From NCBI RefSeq assembly GCF_006345805.1, contig NC_043002.1:55862001-55926000 (forward strand): a stretch of 64,000 bases of DNA. The letters run 5' to 3'. The stretch's first letter is position 1. The number at the start of each line of letters is the position of its first letter. The position numbers were made by a program, and so were the translations under genes. Source of the stretch: Octopus sinensis (Eukaryota). A model generated the notes under the pieces. It saw nothing but the letters and a program-made list of their open reading frames with translations, ran no database searches and was not told where the DNA came from. Positions 57,218 to 64,000 of the stretch are shown here, piece after piece.

Positions 57218-59125
57218 ATATATACATATATATATATATGTGTGTGTGTATATATACATCATCATCATCATCATCATCGTTTAACGTCCGCTTTCCATGC
57301 TAGCATGGGTTGGACGGTTCAACTGGGGTCTGGGAAGCCCGAAGGCTGCACCAGGCCAGTCAGATGTGGCAGTGTTTCTACAGCTGGATGCCCTTCCTAA
57401 CGCCAACCACTCCGAGAGTGTAGTGGGTGATTTTATGTGCCACCGACACAGGTGCCAGACGAGACTGGCAGACGGCCACGCTCGGATGGTGTTTTTTATG
57501 TGCCACCGACACAGGTGCCAGACGAGGCTGGCAGACGGCCACGCTCGGATGGTGTTTTTTATGTGCCACCGACACAGGTGCCAGACAAGGCTGGCAGACG
57601 GCCACGCTCGGATGGTGTTTTTTATGTGCCACCGACACAGGTGCCAGACGAGGCTGGCAGACGGCCACGCTCGGATGGTGTTTTCTTATGTGTCACCGAC
57701 ACAGGTGCTAGACGAGGCTGGCGGACGGCCACGCTCGGATGGTGTTTGTTACGTGCCCTCAGCACGGAGGCCAGTCATTGCGGTACTGGCTACGGTCACG
57801 TTCGGATGGTTTTCTTATGTGCCACCGGCACTGGTACCACAAGGATACAAATTCCATTGATGTTCATCTATTTTGATTTGGTTCGATTTGATTTGATACG
57901 ATTCGATTCTCACTTGCCTCAACAGGTCTTCACAAGTGTCACAAGAAGGAAGGTATGCACAGGTGGACTGACTACGTCCCAGGTAGGGGCCACGGATTAT
58001 GGCTTCACTAGTCTTGCCGGGTCTTCTCACGCACAGCATACTTCCATAGGTCTCGGTCTCTAGTCATTTCCATGGTGAGACCTAACGTCCGAAGGTCGTG
58101 CTTCACCACCTCGTCCCAGGTTTTCCTGGGTCTACCTCTTCCACGGGTTCCCTCAACTGCTAGGGATTGGCACTTTCTCACACACCTCTCTTCATCCATT
58201 CTCGCCACATGACCATACCAGCGCAATCGTCTCTCTTGCACACAACAACTGATGCTTCTTAGGTACAACATTTCTCTCAAGGTACTAACGCTCTGTCGAG
58301 TAAGTACACTGACATTACACATCCATCGGAGCATACTGGCTTCGTTCCTCACGAGCTTACGCATGTCCTCAGCAGTCACGGCCCATGTTTCACTGCCATG
58401 TAGCATAGCTGTCGTACACATGCATCATACAGTCTGCCTTTTACTCTGAGCGAGAGGCCTTTAGTCACCAGCAGAGGTAAGAGCTCCCTAAACTTTGCCC
58501 AGGCTATTCTTATTCTAGCAGTTACACTTTCAGCGCACCCACCCCCACTACTGACTTGGTCACCTAGATAGCGGAAACTATCAACTACTTCTAGTTTTCC
58601 CCCCGGAAAGTGACAGAAGTTGTTTTCTGCAGATTTTCGGAGGTCAGTGCTCCAGAGCACCTGCCACATACAAAAACTATCTTCCCAGTTAGCCTACCTT
58701 TGACATTGCTGCACCTCTTATGTGTCCATAGCTTACACTGGGTACACCTTATAGAGTTTCTACCTACACCTTTTCTACAGATCGAGCAGGGCCATCTTCC
58801 TGATGATATTTGTGGGTTTTCTACCTTTCTACTTATTAGTACTTTGGTTTTAGCTAGGTTATATATATAATGTGTGTGTGTATATATACATATATATATA
58901 ATATATTGTGTGTGTGTGTGTATATATATACATATATATATATATATGTGTGTGTATATATACATATATATATATATATAATATATGTGTGTGTGTATAT
59001 ATACATATATATATATAATGTGTGTGTGTGTATATATACATATATATATATATATATGTGTGGTGTATATATACATATATATATATATGTGTGTGTGTAT
59101 ATATACATATATATATATATATGTG

Positions 59126-59168
<43 letters not shown>

Positions 59169-59324
59169 ATATATACATATATATGTATATATATATTGTG
59201 GTGTGTATATATACATATATATATGTATATATATATATGTGTGTGTGTATATATACATATATATATGTATATATATATGTGTGTGTATATATACATATAT
59301 ATATATATATAATATATATGTGTG

Positions 59325-59357
<33 letters not shown>

Positions 59358-59360
59358 GTG

Positions 59361-59393
<33 letters not shown>

Positions 59394-59396
59394 GTG

Positions 59397-59446
<50 letters not shown>

Positions 59447-62400
59447 TCATTTGTAAAGGTACATAAGTGACTCGAGAACTGTGAGTTTCATGCATATGCA
59501 TCTCTCAATCCAAGAGTCACACTTTACAGCCAATGAAAGCATACATACACACACATGTAAAGAAATAGAGAGAAACAAAGTCAGAGACCAAAATGAATAA
59601 AAAGAGTGTTGAAAGATATTTAGTTGCAACACTGTATTGGTCAAGTGATTCTCTATAAGTTTCTCTGTTTCTGTTCAGTTTTGTGGTTCTTTTACCAATA
59701 ATAAAGTACTTGGTCTAATTTCTAAAGAATACTTTGACTGCCTGGAACATATGTTTCAAATCCTACAATTTATTGTTGGACAACAATTCTTTGTATTGAC
59801 TAGTTTAAAAAAAATTTTTAAAGTAAACTTTATTCATTTGGCTGAGACAAGTAACGAGTAAAGAATAATTGGATAGTTTGCCGATATATATTTCATCTCC
59901 ATCTGGAACAATGAATAAGTGAACACAGGGTGGATTTAGACACAATACACAGAGAAAGCAGTGAATCATAGGACAGTATGAAGAATTGTCTAGCAACATA
60001 CAAGTGTTACACTGCTAAAATATGAAATTCTATAACTAATATAATTCTTTCTGATTTTGGCAGAAGGCCAGTAATTTTGAGAGGAGGGAGAAAATCAATC
60101 ACACTGACCCCAGTGTCCAACTAGTACTTTATTTTACTAACCCAGAAAGGCTGAAAAGTAAAGTTGACCTCAGCAGCATTTGAATTCAGAAAGCAAAGAA
60201 CAGGGAAAATGGCACAAAAACTTTTGTCCAGTGTGGGAATGATTCTGCTAGCTAGCCTCCTTAATATGACGCATGTTATACCAAGTTCAAACTTTGCTCT
60301 GGCCATTTATTCAGTGTATGACATAAAGCATTCTTTTCATCTCAGTCTACCTATTACCAATCTGAACATCATGGTTTTTCACAGGCTGAGGATACGATGA
60401 AACAGTCTGCTTCCCAACCAAATAGACAGCCATCACCTCCTCTCCCACCAGGTACACAGACTATAATGCAACTATACTTTATAGAGAACAGAACTTCTAT
60501 CACCAGGTACCTGGCCTAGCAAGAGACTAATACCTTTTGCATGGCATAACATGAGACTACAGACGCGATATGAAGCCATGACTCTTCAGTTAAGAATCTG
60601 ATACCCTATCCAGCAGACATTTTACAACAATGGCAAATTCTTAAAACTCCAGGATTGCTGTTATTAAGAGGAGGTGGGGGTTATTGTACACTAAACAGAA
60701 AACGTATTGTAATATTAGGGATATTACAGCAAGTTGAGAGGGGAGCAAAAAAAAAAAAACCCTAGACACACAAAGCTGGTTGTCACAGAAAAGAATTGAT
60801 GGTTTCACTTGAAATTAAAAGGGTGTTGGTGGTGGTGATGGGGAATCTCTTGTTAGACTCACCTACATACACACATGCACAAGCATGCACAGACACACAC
60901 ACACACACACAATAATGATAGTCCAAATAGAAATTAAAATATCAATGCCACCAAAGTAAACTTGATTCCAGCTGTGGAGAAGAGGTGGTGGTGGTGATGG
61001 TAGTGTAGTGGCAGGGATGGCAGTAGGGGTAGTGGGAGTAGTGATTATGGTAGTGGTGGTACTGTAACTTTTCATTCCCTAACCACCCCACCCAACCCCA
61101 CGAATCTACCTCAATTCAATTTCCGAACAACAATGTTTTTTTCCCCTTTTTCAAGTTCATTCTTCCTTCCCTCCATTCTCCCCACCCTGCACCCACACCA
61201 TACACACACTCAGCAAAGGATGCCAGACAAAGACCCCCTTTTTACAGACAGAAACCCCTTTCACTAATGACTTAACAGTAACTCATCTTTCTTGAAGCCA
61301 GGCATTTCAGGCATTGTCAATGAAATAAAAACAAAACAAAGAAATTGCAAATAAAATAAAAAGAAATAAAAACCCTAACAAAAAACAACAAATAAACAAA
61401 ACACACACACACACAACTGATCTGAGGGTAAAAGATTTTGTAGGCTACAACAAAAATAAAAAAGAAAAACAAAGAAAAGTCCCAGACTCCTTTTAAACCA
61501 TTTTTTGCAAAGCATGTAAAGCATGTAAATAACCAGTTCTCAGACTAAATACAGTAATTCTTACACAGTTTACAAGCTCCCAACCCTCACCCGGGTACTT
61601 ACATGTATTCGGGGTGGGGTGAGTCAGCTCTGACCAATGAGTTCACCACAACCTTTATGAATGCTGACCATATAGGCATAGGAGTGGCTGTGTGGTAAGT
61701 AGCTCGCTTATGAACCACATGGTTCTGGGTTCAGTCCCACTGCGTGGCACCTTGAGCAAGTGTCTTCTACTATAGCCTCGGGCCGACCAAAGCCTTGTGA
61801 GTGGATTTGGTAGACGGATACTGAAAGAAGCCCGTCATATATATGTATATATGTGTGTGTGCGTGTATATGTTGTGTGTCTGTGTTTGTCCCCCCAAAAT
61901 CGCTTGACAACTGATGCTGGTGTGTTTGCATCCCTGTAACTTAGCAGTTCAGAAAAAAAGACCGATAGAATAAGTACTAGGCTTACAAAGAATAAGTCCT
62001 GGGGTCGATTTGCTCAACTAAAGGCGGTGCTCCAGCATGGCCATAGTCAAATGACTGAAACAAGTAAAAGAGTAAAAGTAAGAGTATATCCCAGCAAGTA
62101 ATTCAGATAGCACAGATGCCATAGCTTGCTGTAGAGGTGTAGAGTTCATGTTGATAACAACACACAGCTATGTCTTAAACTATCCACCATGGCTGTGATA
62201 CTGCCAAACCCTGTATGATACGGGGGAGGGGGGAGTAATATAAATGATGTCAGGGTTGAGGACATCTCATATCAATATGAAGAGTCAAACAAAGAGATGT
62301 AGTGAGCTCTAAGTATGGAGATTGGTTGTTTCACAGAGCAAACAGCCTAGCAGAATGTCCACTTGCTCAAGGACATCTTAAAACCTACCACTGGGAGCTT

Positions 62401-62874
62401 GAAGTGTGTAGGGTAACATCATCATCAACAACAACATTGTTTGACATCTGTTCTCCATGCTGGCATAGGTTGGACAGGGACTGGCAAGCCACAGAGCTGC
62501 ACCAGGCTCCAACTGTCTGTTTTGGCAGGGTTTCTATGGCTGGGTACCCTTCCAAAATGTCAACCACTTTACAGAGTGTTGATTGGGTGCTTTTTACGTG
62601 GCACTGCTTTTTATGTGGTACCTGTACTGGTGTTTTTACATGACACTAGCAGAATTCTGTAACAGAAATGGTAGCTTGTGAAAAAGACAAAAGCAAAAAT
62701 GATGATGATGATGAAAAAGTTAAAGCTGAAGAAGTGAAAGAAGACAAAACAGAAGAGATATAGTAATGGCAGCTGTGGAAACACTCACATATCATGGAAA
62801 AGTTCTTTGTATTCTGCATCCCCTTTATTATTGGTAATAAATAGGTCCAATTTCTCAAACATCTCTTTTTCCAC
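10806..62874 (-). CDS. DOCK3/4: Dedicator of cytokinesis, DOCK-B subfamily (DOCK3/4-like) Rac GEF; partial multi-exon gene, DHR-2 region (13 exons, 554 codons in window; 5' part lies beyond the right edge)
   Basis: 13 exons with AG/GT boundaries join in frame without stops. Motifs [64 protein letters not shown] and [13 protein letters not shown] match DOCK3/4 DHR-2 as I recall it; no database search run. Confidence 0.95.
11341..12057 (-). mobile_element. RTE LINE 3' portion (end of ORF2, 3' UTR, CAT tail)
   Basis: Encodes [19 protein letters not shown]-like ORF2 end; 3' UTR closely similar to 56215-56766. Confidence 0.85.
12053..12582 (+). mobile_element. RTE LINE ORF2 C-terminal fragment, head-to-head with the previous copy
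   Basis: [34 protein letters not shown]...RGRPGKTW, with stops and frameshifts. Confidence 0.88.
12583..13307 (+). mobile_element. Mariner (Mos1/Hsmar-like) transposase remnant, 3'-truncated
   Basis: ATG 12747 [22 protein letters not shown]...WFQKF* (HTH), later [13 protein letters not shown]...[13 protein letters not shown] (decayed TGDEKW and LHPKK motifs); internal stops. Confidence 0.88.
13490..13596 (-). CDS. DOCK3/4: DOCK3/4-like C-terminal tail exon: [35 protein letters not shown](S)
   Basis: tttctttctccaag|GGC ... AGC AG|gtttgt; 107 nt, phase 0 to 2, compatible with both neighbours; Ser/Pro-rich as expected after DHR-2. Confidence 0.8.
15387..15512 (-). CDS. DOCK3/4: DOCK3/4-like exon: [42 protein letters not shown] (end of DHR-2)
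   Basis: tctttcag|CTT ... ACT|gtaagt; 126 nt; GL.LH...PLHK motif. Confidence 0.93.
16007..16356 (-). mobile_element. tRNA-derived SINE
   Basis: Minus-strand head tggctcagtggttagaatg...gaattcgattccc, then gttcttgagcaagacac body, in (TAG)n/(CTA)n flanks. Confidence 0.7.
16526..16609 (-). CDS. DOCK3/4: DOCK3/4-like exon: [28 protein letters not shown]
   Basis: attctag|GCA ... CAA|gtaagt; 84 nt, phase 0 to 0. Confidence 0.94.
17046..17309 (-). CDS. DOCK3/4: DOCK3/4-like exon: TLCIERSII...[10 protein letters not shown]...[22 protein letters not shown] (lobe B/C, nucleotide-sensor Val)
   Basis: ttcccag|ACT ... GAG|gtaact; 264 nt, 88 codons. Confidence 0.96.
17520..18282 (-). mobile_element. Penelope-like element 3' fragment: GIY-YIG endonuclease and 3' region
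   Basis: ORF 17947..18309: [37 protein letters not shown] (LIY...CxxC...YIG, conserved R and H), typical of PLE GIY-YIG domains. Confidence 0.85.
19426..19592 (-). CDS. DOCK3/4: DOCK3/4-like exon: [55 protein letters not shown] (DHR-2 lobe B)
   Basis: aaaaag|AC ATC ... AAA|gtaagg; 167 nt, phase 1 to 0. Confidence 0.95.
19593..20622 (-). other. U12-type (minor spliceosome) GT-AG intron, 1030 nt
   Basis: 5' site GTATCCTTT (20622-20614); branch site TTCCTTAAC (19612-19604) followed by TCCCCAAAAAG| with no polypyrimidine tract; splicing restores the frame (T+AC = Tyr). Confidence 0.95.
20623..20764 (-). CDS. DOCK3/4: DOCK3/4-like exon: [47 protein letters not shown](Y)
   Basis: ttttaccag|AAC ... 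CAA T|gtatccttt; 142 nt, phase 0 to 1; ends at a U12-type donor. Confidence 0.95.
20859..21392 (+). mobile_element. Fold-back non-autonomous element: tRNA-like head, (AAT)n, hammerhead-like pLTR; 13-bp TSD
   Basis: Inverted arms ~20859-21085 and ~21090-21360, 32-nt unpaired tail 21361-21392; direct repeat ATAATTTAGGGTA at 20846-20858 and 21393-21405. Confidence 0.85.
21879..22110. repeat. AT-rich inverted repeat (~80-bp arms), probably a Penelope-type pLTR inversion
   Basis: ccttttatcaattcaaaatgaacaattaaattacaccatctagacaattacat is inverted at ~22032-22085; direct repeat gtgaaatttgattta...tgtaagtttgga at ~21717 and ~22126. Confidence 0.75.
22409..22519 (-). CDS. DOCK3/4: DOCK3/4-like exon: [37 protein letters not shown]
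   Basis: gtccacag|CAA ... AGG|gtaagt; 111 nt, phase 0 to 0. Confidence 0.95.
25467..25556 (-). CDS. DOCK3/4: DOCK3/4-like exon: [30 protein letters not shown]
   Basis: ttttag|GCC ... TTG|gtgagt; 90 nt, phase 0 to 0. Confidence 0.96.
29674..29968 (-). mobile_element. Internally deleted Tc1/mariner (maT/Bmmar-like) element
   Basis: TA+CAGGGTGATTCAAAAG terminus at 29970-29953 joined almost directly to the transposase C-terminus [22 protein letters not shown]...NNGNHIE. Confidence 0.85.
30014..30232. mobile_element. Tigger/pogo-like MITE
   Basis: Imperfect TIRs CAGTAATTCCTTG / CAAGGGATTACTG; TA at the left flank. Confidence 0.6.
31272..31514 (-). CDS. DOCK3/4: DOCK3/4-like exon: [20 protein letters not shown]...IIDCFDKGK (DHR-2 lobe A)
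   Basis: ttttag|AAT ... AAG|gtaaga; 243 nt, 81 codons; overlaps ORF 31182..31496. Confidence 0.96.
32061..32121 (-). CDS. DOCK3/4: DOCK3/4-like exon: [20 protein letters not shown]
   Basis: ttttttag|G AAG ... ATT CTT|gtaagt; 61 nt, phase 2 to 0; absent from the ORF track. Confidence 0.93.
33004..33216. mobile_element. piggyBac-like MITE (TTAA TSD)
   Basis: TTAA|CCCTTTCATTAC ... GTAACAAAGG|TTAA; close copy at 63326-63545; related copies at 32303-32476 and ~4825-5020. Confidence 0.8.
33289..33544. mobile_element. hAT (Charlie-like) MITE
   Basis: Perfect 15-bp TIRs CAGTGGTTCTCAACC / GGTTGAGAACCACTG; 8-bp flanks only partly duplicated. Related decayed copy ~23516-23783. Confidence 0.8.
34291..34692. 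mobile_element. Two inverted, tail-to-tail copies of the same tRNA-SINE
   Basis: + copy 34291-34458 (gcatggctgtgcggtaagaag...gaaactgaaagaagccc) and - copy 34530-34692. Confidence 0.85.
38194..38420. repeat. Compound microsatellite (AAT)n-(GAA)~54-(CAA)n
   Basis: GAA run 38235-38398 with one interruption; source of the poly-K/L/S ORFs. Confidence 0.98.
40047..40145 (-). CDS. DOCK3/4: DOCK3/4-like exon: [32 protein letters not shown](R)
   Basis: tttttcaccag|A CTT ... TAT AG|gtaagt; 99 nt, phase 2 to 2; LLDYR motif. Confidence 0.94.
44657..45135. repeat. CA-rich minisatellite with recurring cacacagtgtcaataggcactgacac motif
   Basis: Motif recurs at ~44736, ~44978, ~45011 and ~45048. Confidence 0.75.
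47987..48281 (-). mobile_element. Young CpG-rich tRNA-derived SINE
   Basis: Head GGAGGCGCAATGGCCTTGTGGTTAGGGCAGCGGACTCGCGATCGCAGGATCGCGGTTTCGATTCCC (A and B boxes); inserted in (TA)n. Confidence 0.8.
49212..50068 (-). mobile_element. Tc1/mariner DD37D (maT) element, internally deleted
   Basis: Termini TA|CAGGGTG ... CACTCTG|CA. ORF 49491..49967 has [11 protein letters not shown]...[16 protein letters not shown]; 37 residues separate the second catalytic position (here N) from the third (D). Confidence 0.9.
52575..53156. mobile_element. Penelope/retrozyme-like repeat: inverted partial copy plus 330-nt tandem unit with hammerhead motif
   Basis: 52625-52785 is inverted relative to 52983-53156; 25-nt direct repeat at 52800-52824 and 53130-53154 (period 330). 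Confidence 0.8.
52951..52989 (+). ncRNA. Minimal type I hammerhead ribozyme motif (stem III deleted in this copy)
   Basis: TCTGTG CTGATGA A GGG aaataa CCC G GAAA TA CACAGA: stem I TCTGTG/CACAGA, CUGAUGA and GAAA cores, stem II GGG/CCC. The sister copy (52803-52778, minus) supplies GAAA TCGCGA TA CACAGA. Confidence 0.7.
54811..55147 (+). mobile_element. Helentron-associated (HINE/DINE-like) non-autonomous element
   Basis: ttattactctgc start, gtctgtttgtttg microsatellite and aaacggctgaacggattttcaccaaatttg motif, T-rich end; resemblance from memory only. Confidence 0.45.
56215..56766 (+). mobile_element. RTE LINE 3' UTR fragment with (GAT)n tail
   Basis: Near-colinear with 11341-11930; same internal gaaatcgaaattgaaccaaattcga repeats. 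Confidence 0.85.
57258..58860 (-). mobile_element. 5'-truncated RTE-clade LINE (ORF2 C-terminal part with PHD finger, 3' UTR, CAT tail)
   Basis: NLAKTKVL...[12 protein letters not shown]...[13 protein letters not shown]...KGRLYDACV / MLHGSETW...[12 protein letters not shown]...[10 protein letters not shown], stop at 58008; a few frameshifts. Confidence 0.95.
57431..57790. repeat. 63-bp tandem repeat (~5.5 units) in the RTE 3' UTR
   Basis: gtgccaccgacacaggtgccagacgaggctggcagacggccacgctcggatggtg recurs at 57437, 57500, 57563, 57626 and ~57690. Confidence 0.95.
58861..59443. repeat. Higher-order (TA)n(TG)n-TATATATACA compound repeat; same type at 56985-57257
   Basis: Recurring ~28-34-nt unit on both sides of the RTE insertion. 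Confidence 0.9.
61674..62085 (+). mobile_element. Near full-length tRNA-derived SINE (most abundant family in the window)
   Basis: ggagtggctgtgtggtaag...gggttcagtcccactgcgtggcaccttgagcaagtg...gactgaaacaagtaaaagag. Partial copies near 6975-7112, 14200-14360, 15055-15360, 23005-23160, 29470-29650, 30400-30760, 43590-43970, 45480-45830. Confidence 0.88.
62789..62874 (-). CDS. DOCK3/4: DOCK3/4-like exon: [28 protein letters not shown](I)
   Basis: ttgtttcag|GTG ... GAT AT|gtgagt; 86 nt, phase 0 to 2; resembles DOCK VE.ELIDKLD...KGD..Y.ELF. Confidence 0.92.
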
Positions 62875-63325
62875 CTGAAACAAGAACAACAAAATTAGAA
62901 AGAGGTTGATGTTTCATAGTTTTGTGTCTCCTATGTTAGAGAGGCTATCATATAGGAGTACCTGAGCTCAGTTGTTAAAGTCTACAGGTGTTGATGATTT
63001 TAGTTTCCTTACTATAAAACACCAAATTCTCTCAGCTTTGGTTCACCAAGCAGATGCACACTTATTCTTGTCCCTTGATCTTACTTTCACAACTTTTGAT
63101 CCCATATCAGTCAAGGGGTCTTGTCTTGTAAGTACTCAGTGACCTCACTTTTGCTGGTGTCACATACAAAGCACGAAGTACACTCTGGAAAGTAGTTGGA
63201 ATAAGGAACAGTATCCAGCCAGAGAAACCATACCAAAACAGACATTGGGGTTCAGCACAGTCTTCTGGCTTGTCAGTTCATGTTGAACCATTCAACCAAA
63301 GCCAACATGGAAAAAGGAACATTAA

Positions 63326-63545
63326 CCCTTTCATTACTAACCCGGCTGAAACCGGCTCTGGCTCTGAGTACAAATATCTTGTTTTCATAAATTTTGAATT
63401 AAAATCTTCCACCAAACCTTAATCACAATTTATGTACTTATCACTAGCTTAATGATAACTAAGTTATTTTACTAAATTCTTTGTTATATTTAAAGTAATT
63501 GAAAGAAACACAGAGCGTCTCAAAATAAATACAGTAACAAAAGGG
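63326..63545. mobile_element. piggyBac-like MITE inserted into the TTAA of an RTE tail
   Basis: TTAA (63322-25)|CCCTTTCATTAC ... GTAACAAAAGGG|TTAA (63546-49); removing it restores the RTE end ggaacattaaagaatgatgat. Confidence 0.88.
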
Positions 63546-64000
63546 TTAAAGAATGATGATGATGACAGCCTAAGACAGCACAACATTTGTTATCCTTCAA
63601 AGATTCCATCCTTCCTGAAATTCATGAACACTTCTCTTAACATGCCTACGCACATTCCTTTATCACTCTTTCAATGTCCACTTTTCTGTCTTTTTCTGCG
63701 TATTGTTGATGTACTTCTAAGCTTTCATTGCTGTCTTCTTTACTTGACTAATTATGGTAGCTTTCTCTCCTCTCATTTAACCTCTTCTGATGATGTGCAG
63801 TGCATCTGACCACTGTAATACAATAAGCTCTTTATTATTATTATTATTATTATTAGTCTAAAGAGGAGGAAAGGCAGGATAGATAGCCTTTTTCACAAGA
63901 GGATCCTCCTTATATATTGAGGTCAAACGGATGAATAAAACAAAGGCTTAATGGAGTTAAAATTCAGTTTCGTTTCTTGATTTCCATTTTTGGAAAGCAT

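Noticed and set aside
57431-57790. Regular repeat array resembling CRISPR or a repeat protein (ORFs 57297..57860, 57437..58063)
   Set aside because: Head-to-tail 63-bp units with no unique spacers, inside a LINE 3' UTR in eukaryotic DNA; the ORFs are open only because the unit is a multiple of 3.
58854-59501. Long YI/HT/CV-rich ORFs (also near 34.6-36.2, 40.8-41.3 and 56-57.3 kb)
   Set aside because: Dinucleotide repeats lack stop codons; no coding signal.

Overview
AT-rich, repeat-dense animal genomic DNA. The repeat landscape (tRNA-derived SINEs, RTE 3' ends with (CAT)n tails, abundant microsatellites) suggests an octopod cephalopod; this is an inference. The window lies inside one large minus-strand gene, a DOCK-B (DOCK3/4, sponge-like) Rac GEF. 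I reconstructed 13 phase-consistent coding exons (62874 to 10806; 1662 nt, 554 codons) covering the whole DHR-2 catalytic domain, plus a probable further 48-nt exon at 312-359. One intron (19593-20622) is a clear U12-type minor-spliceosome intron. Introns hold RTE LINE copies (one with a PHD finger in ORF2), three Tc1/mariner remnants, piggyBac/hAT/Tigger-type MITEs, a Penelope GIY-YIG fragment and many SINEs. Most interesting: (i) a 534-bp fold-back insertion with a 13-bp TSD combining a tRNA-derived Pol III head, a decayed hammerhead-like motif and Penelope-style inverted-repeat-plus-tail geometry, a candidate Penelope-mobilised SINE; (ii) a 330-nt circularly permuted repeat with a minimal type I hammerhead ribozyme, retrozyme-like; (iii) two codons beside the DHR-2 catalytic valine that A-to-I editing would convert to the DOCK3/4 consensus. 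Almost all ORF-track entries are microsatellite or repeat artefacts.
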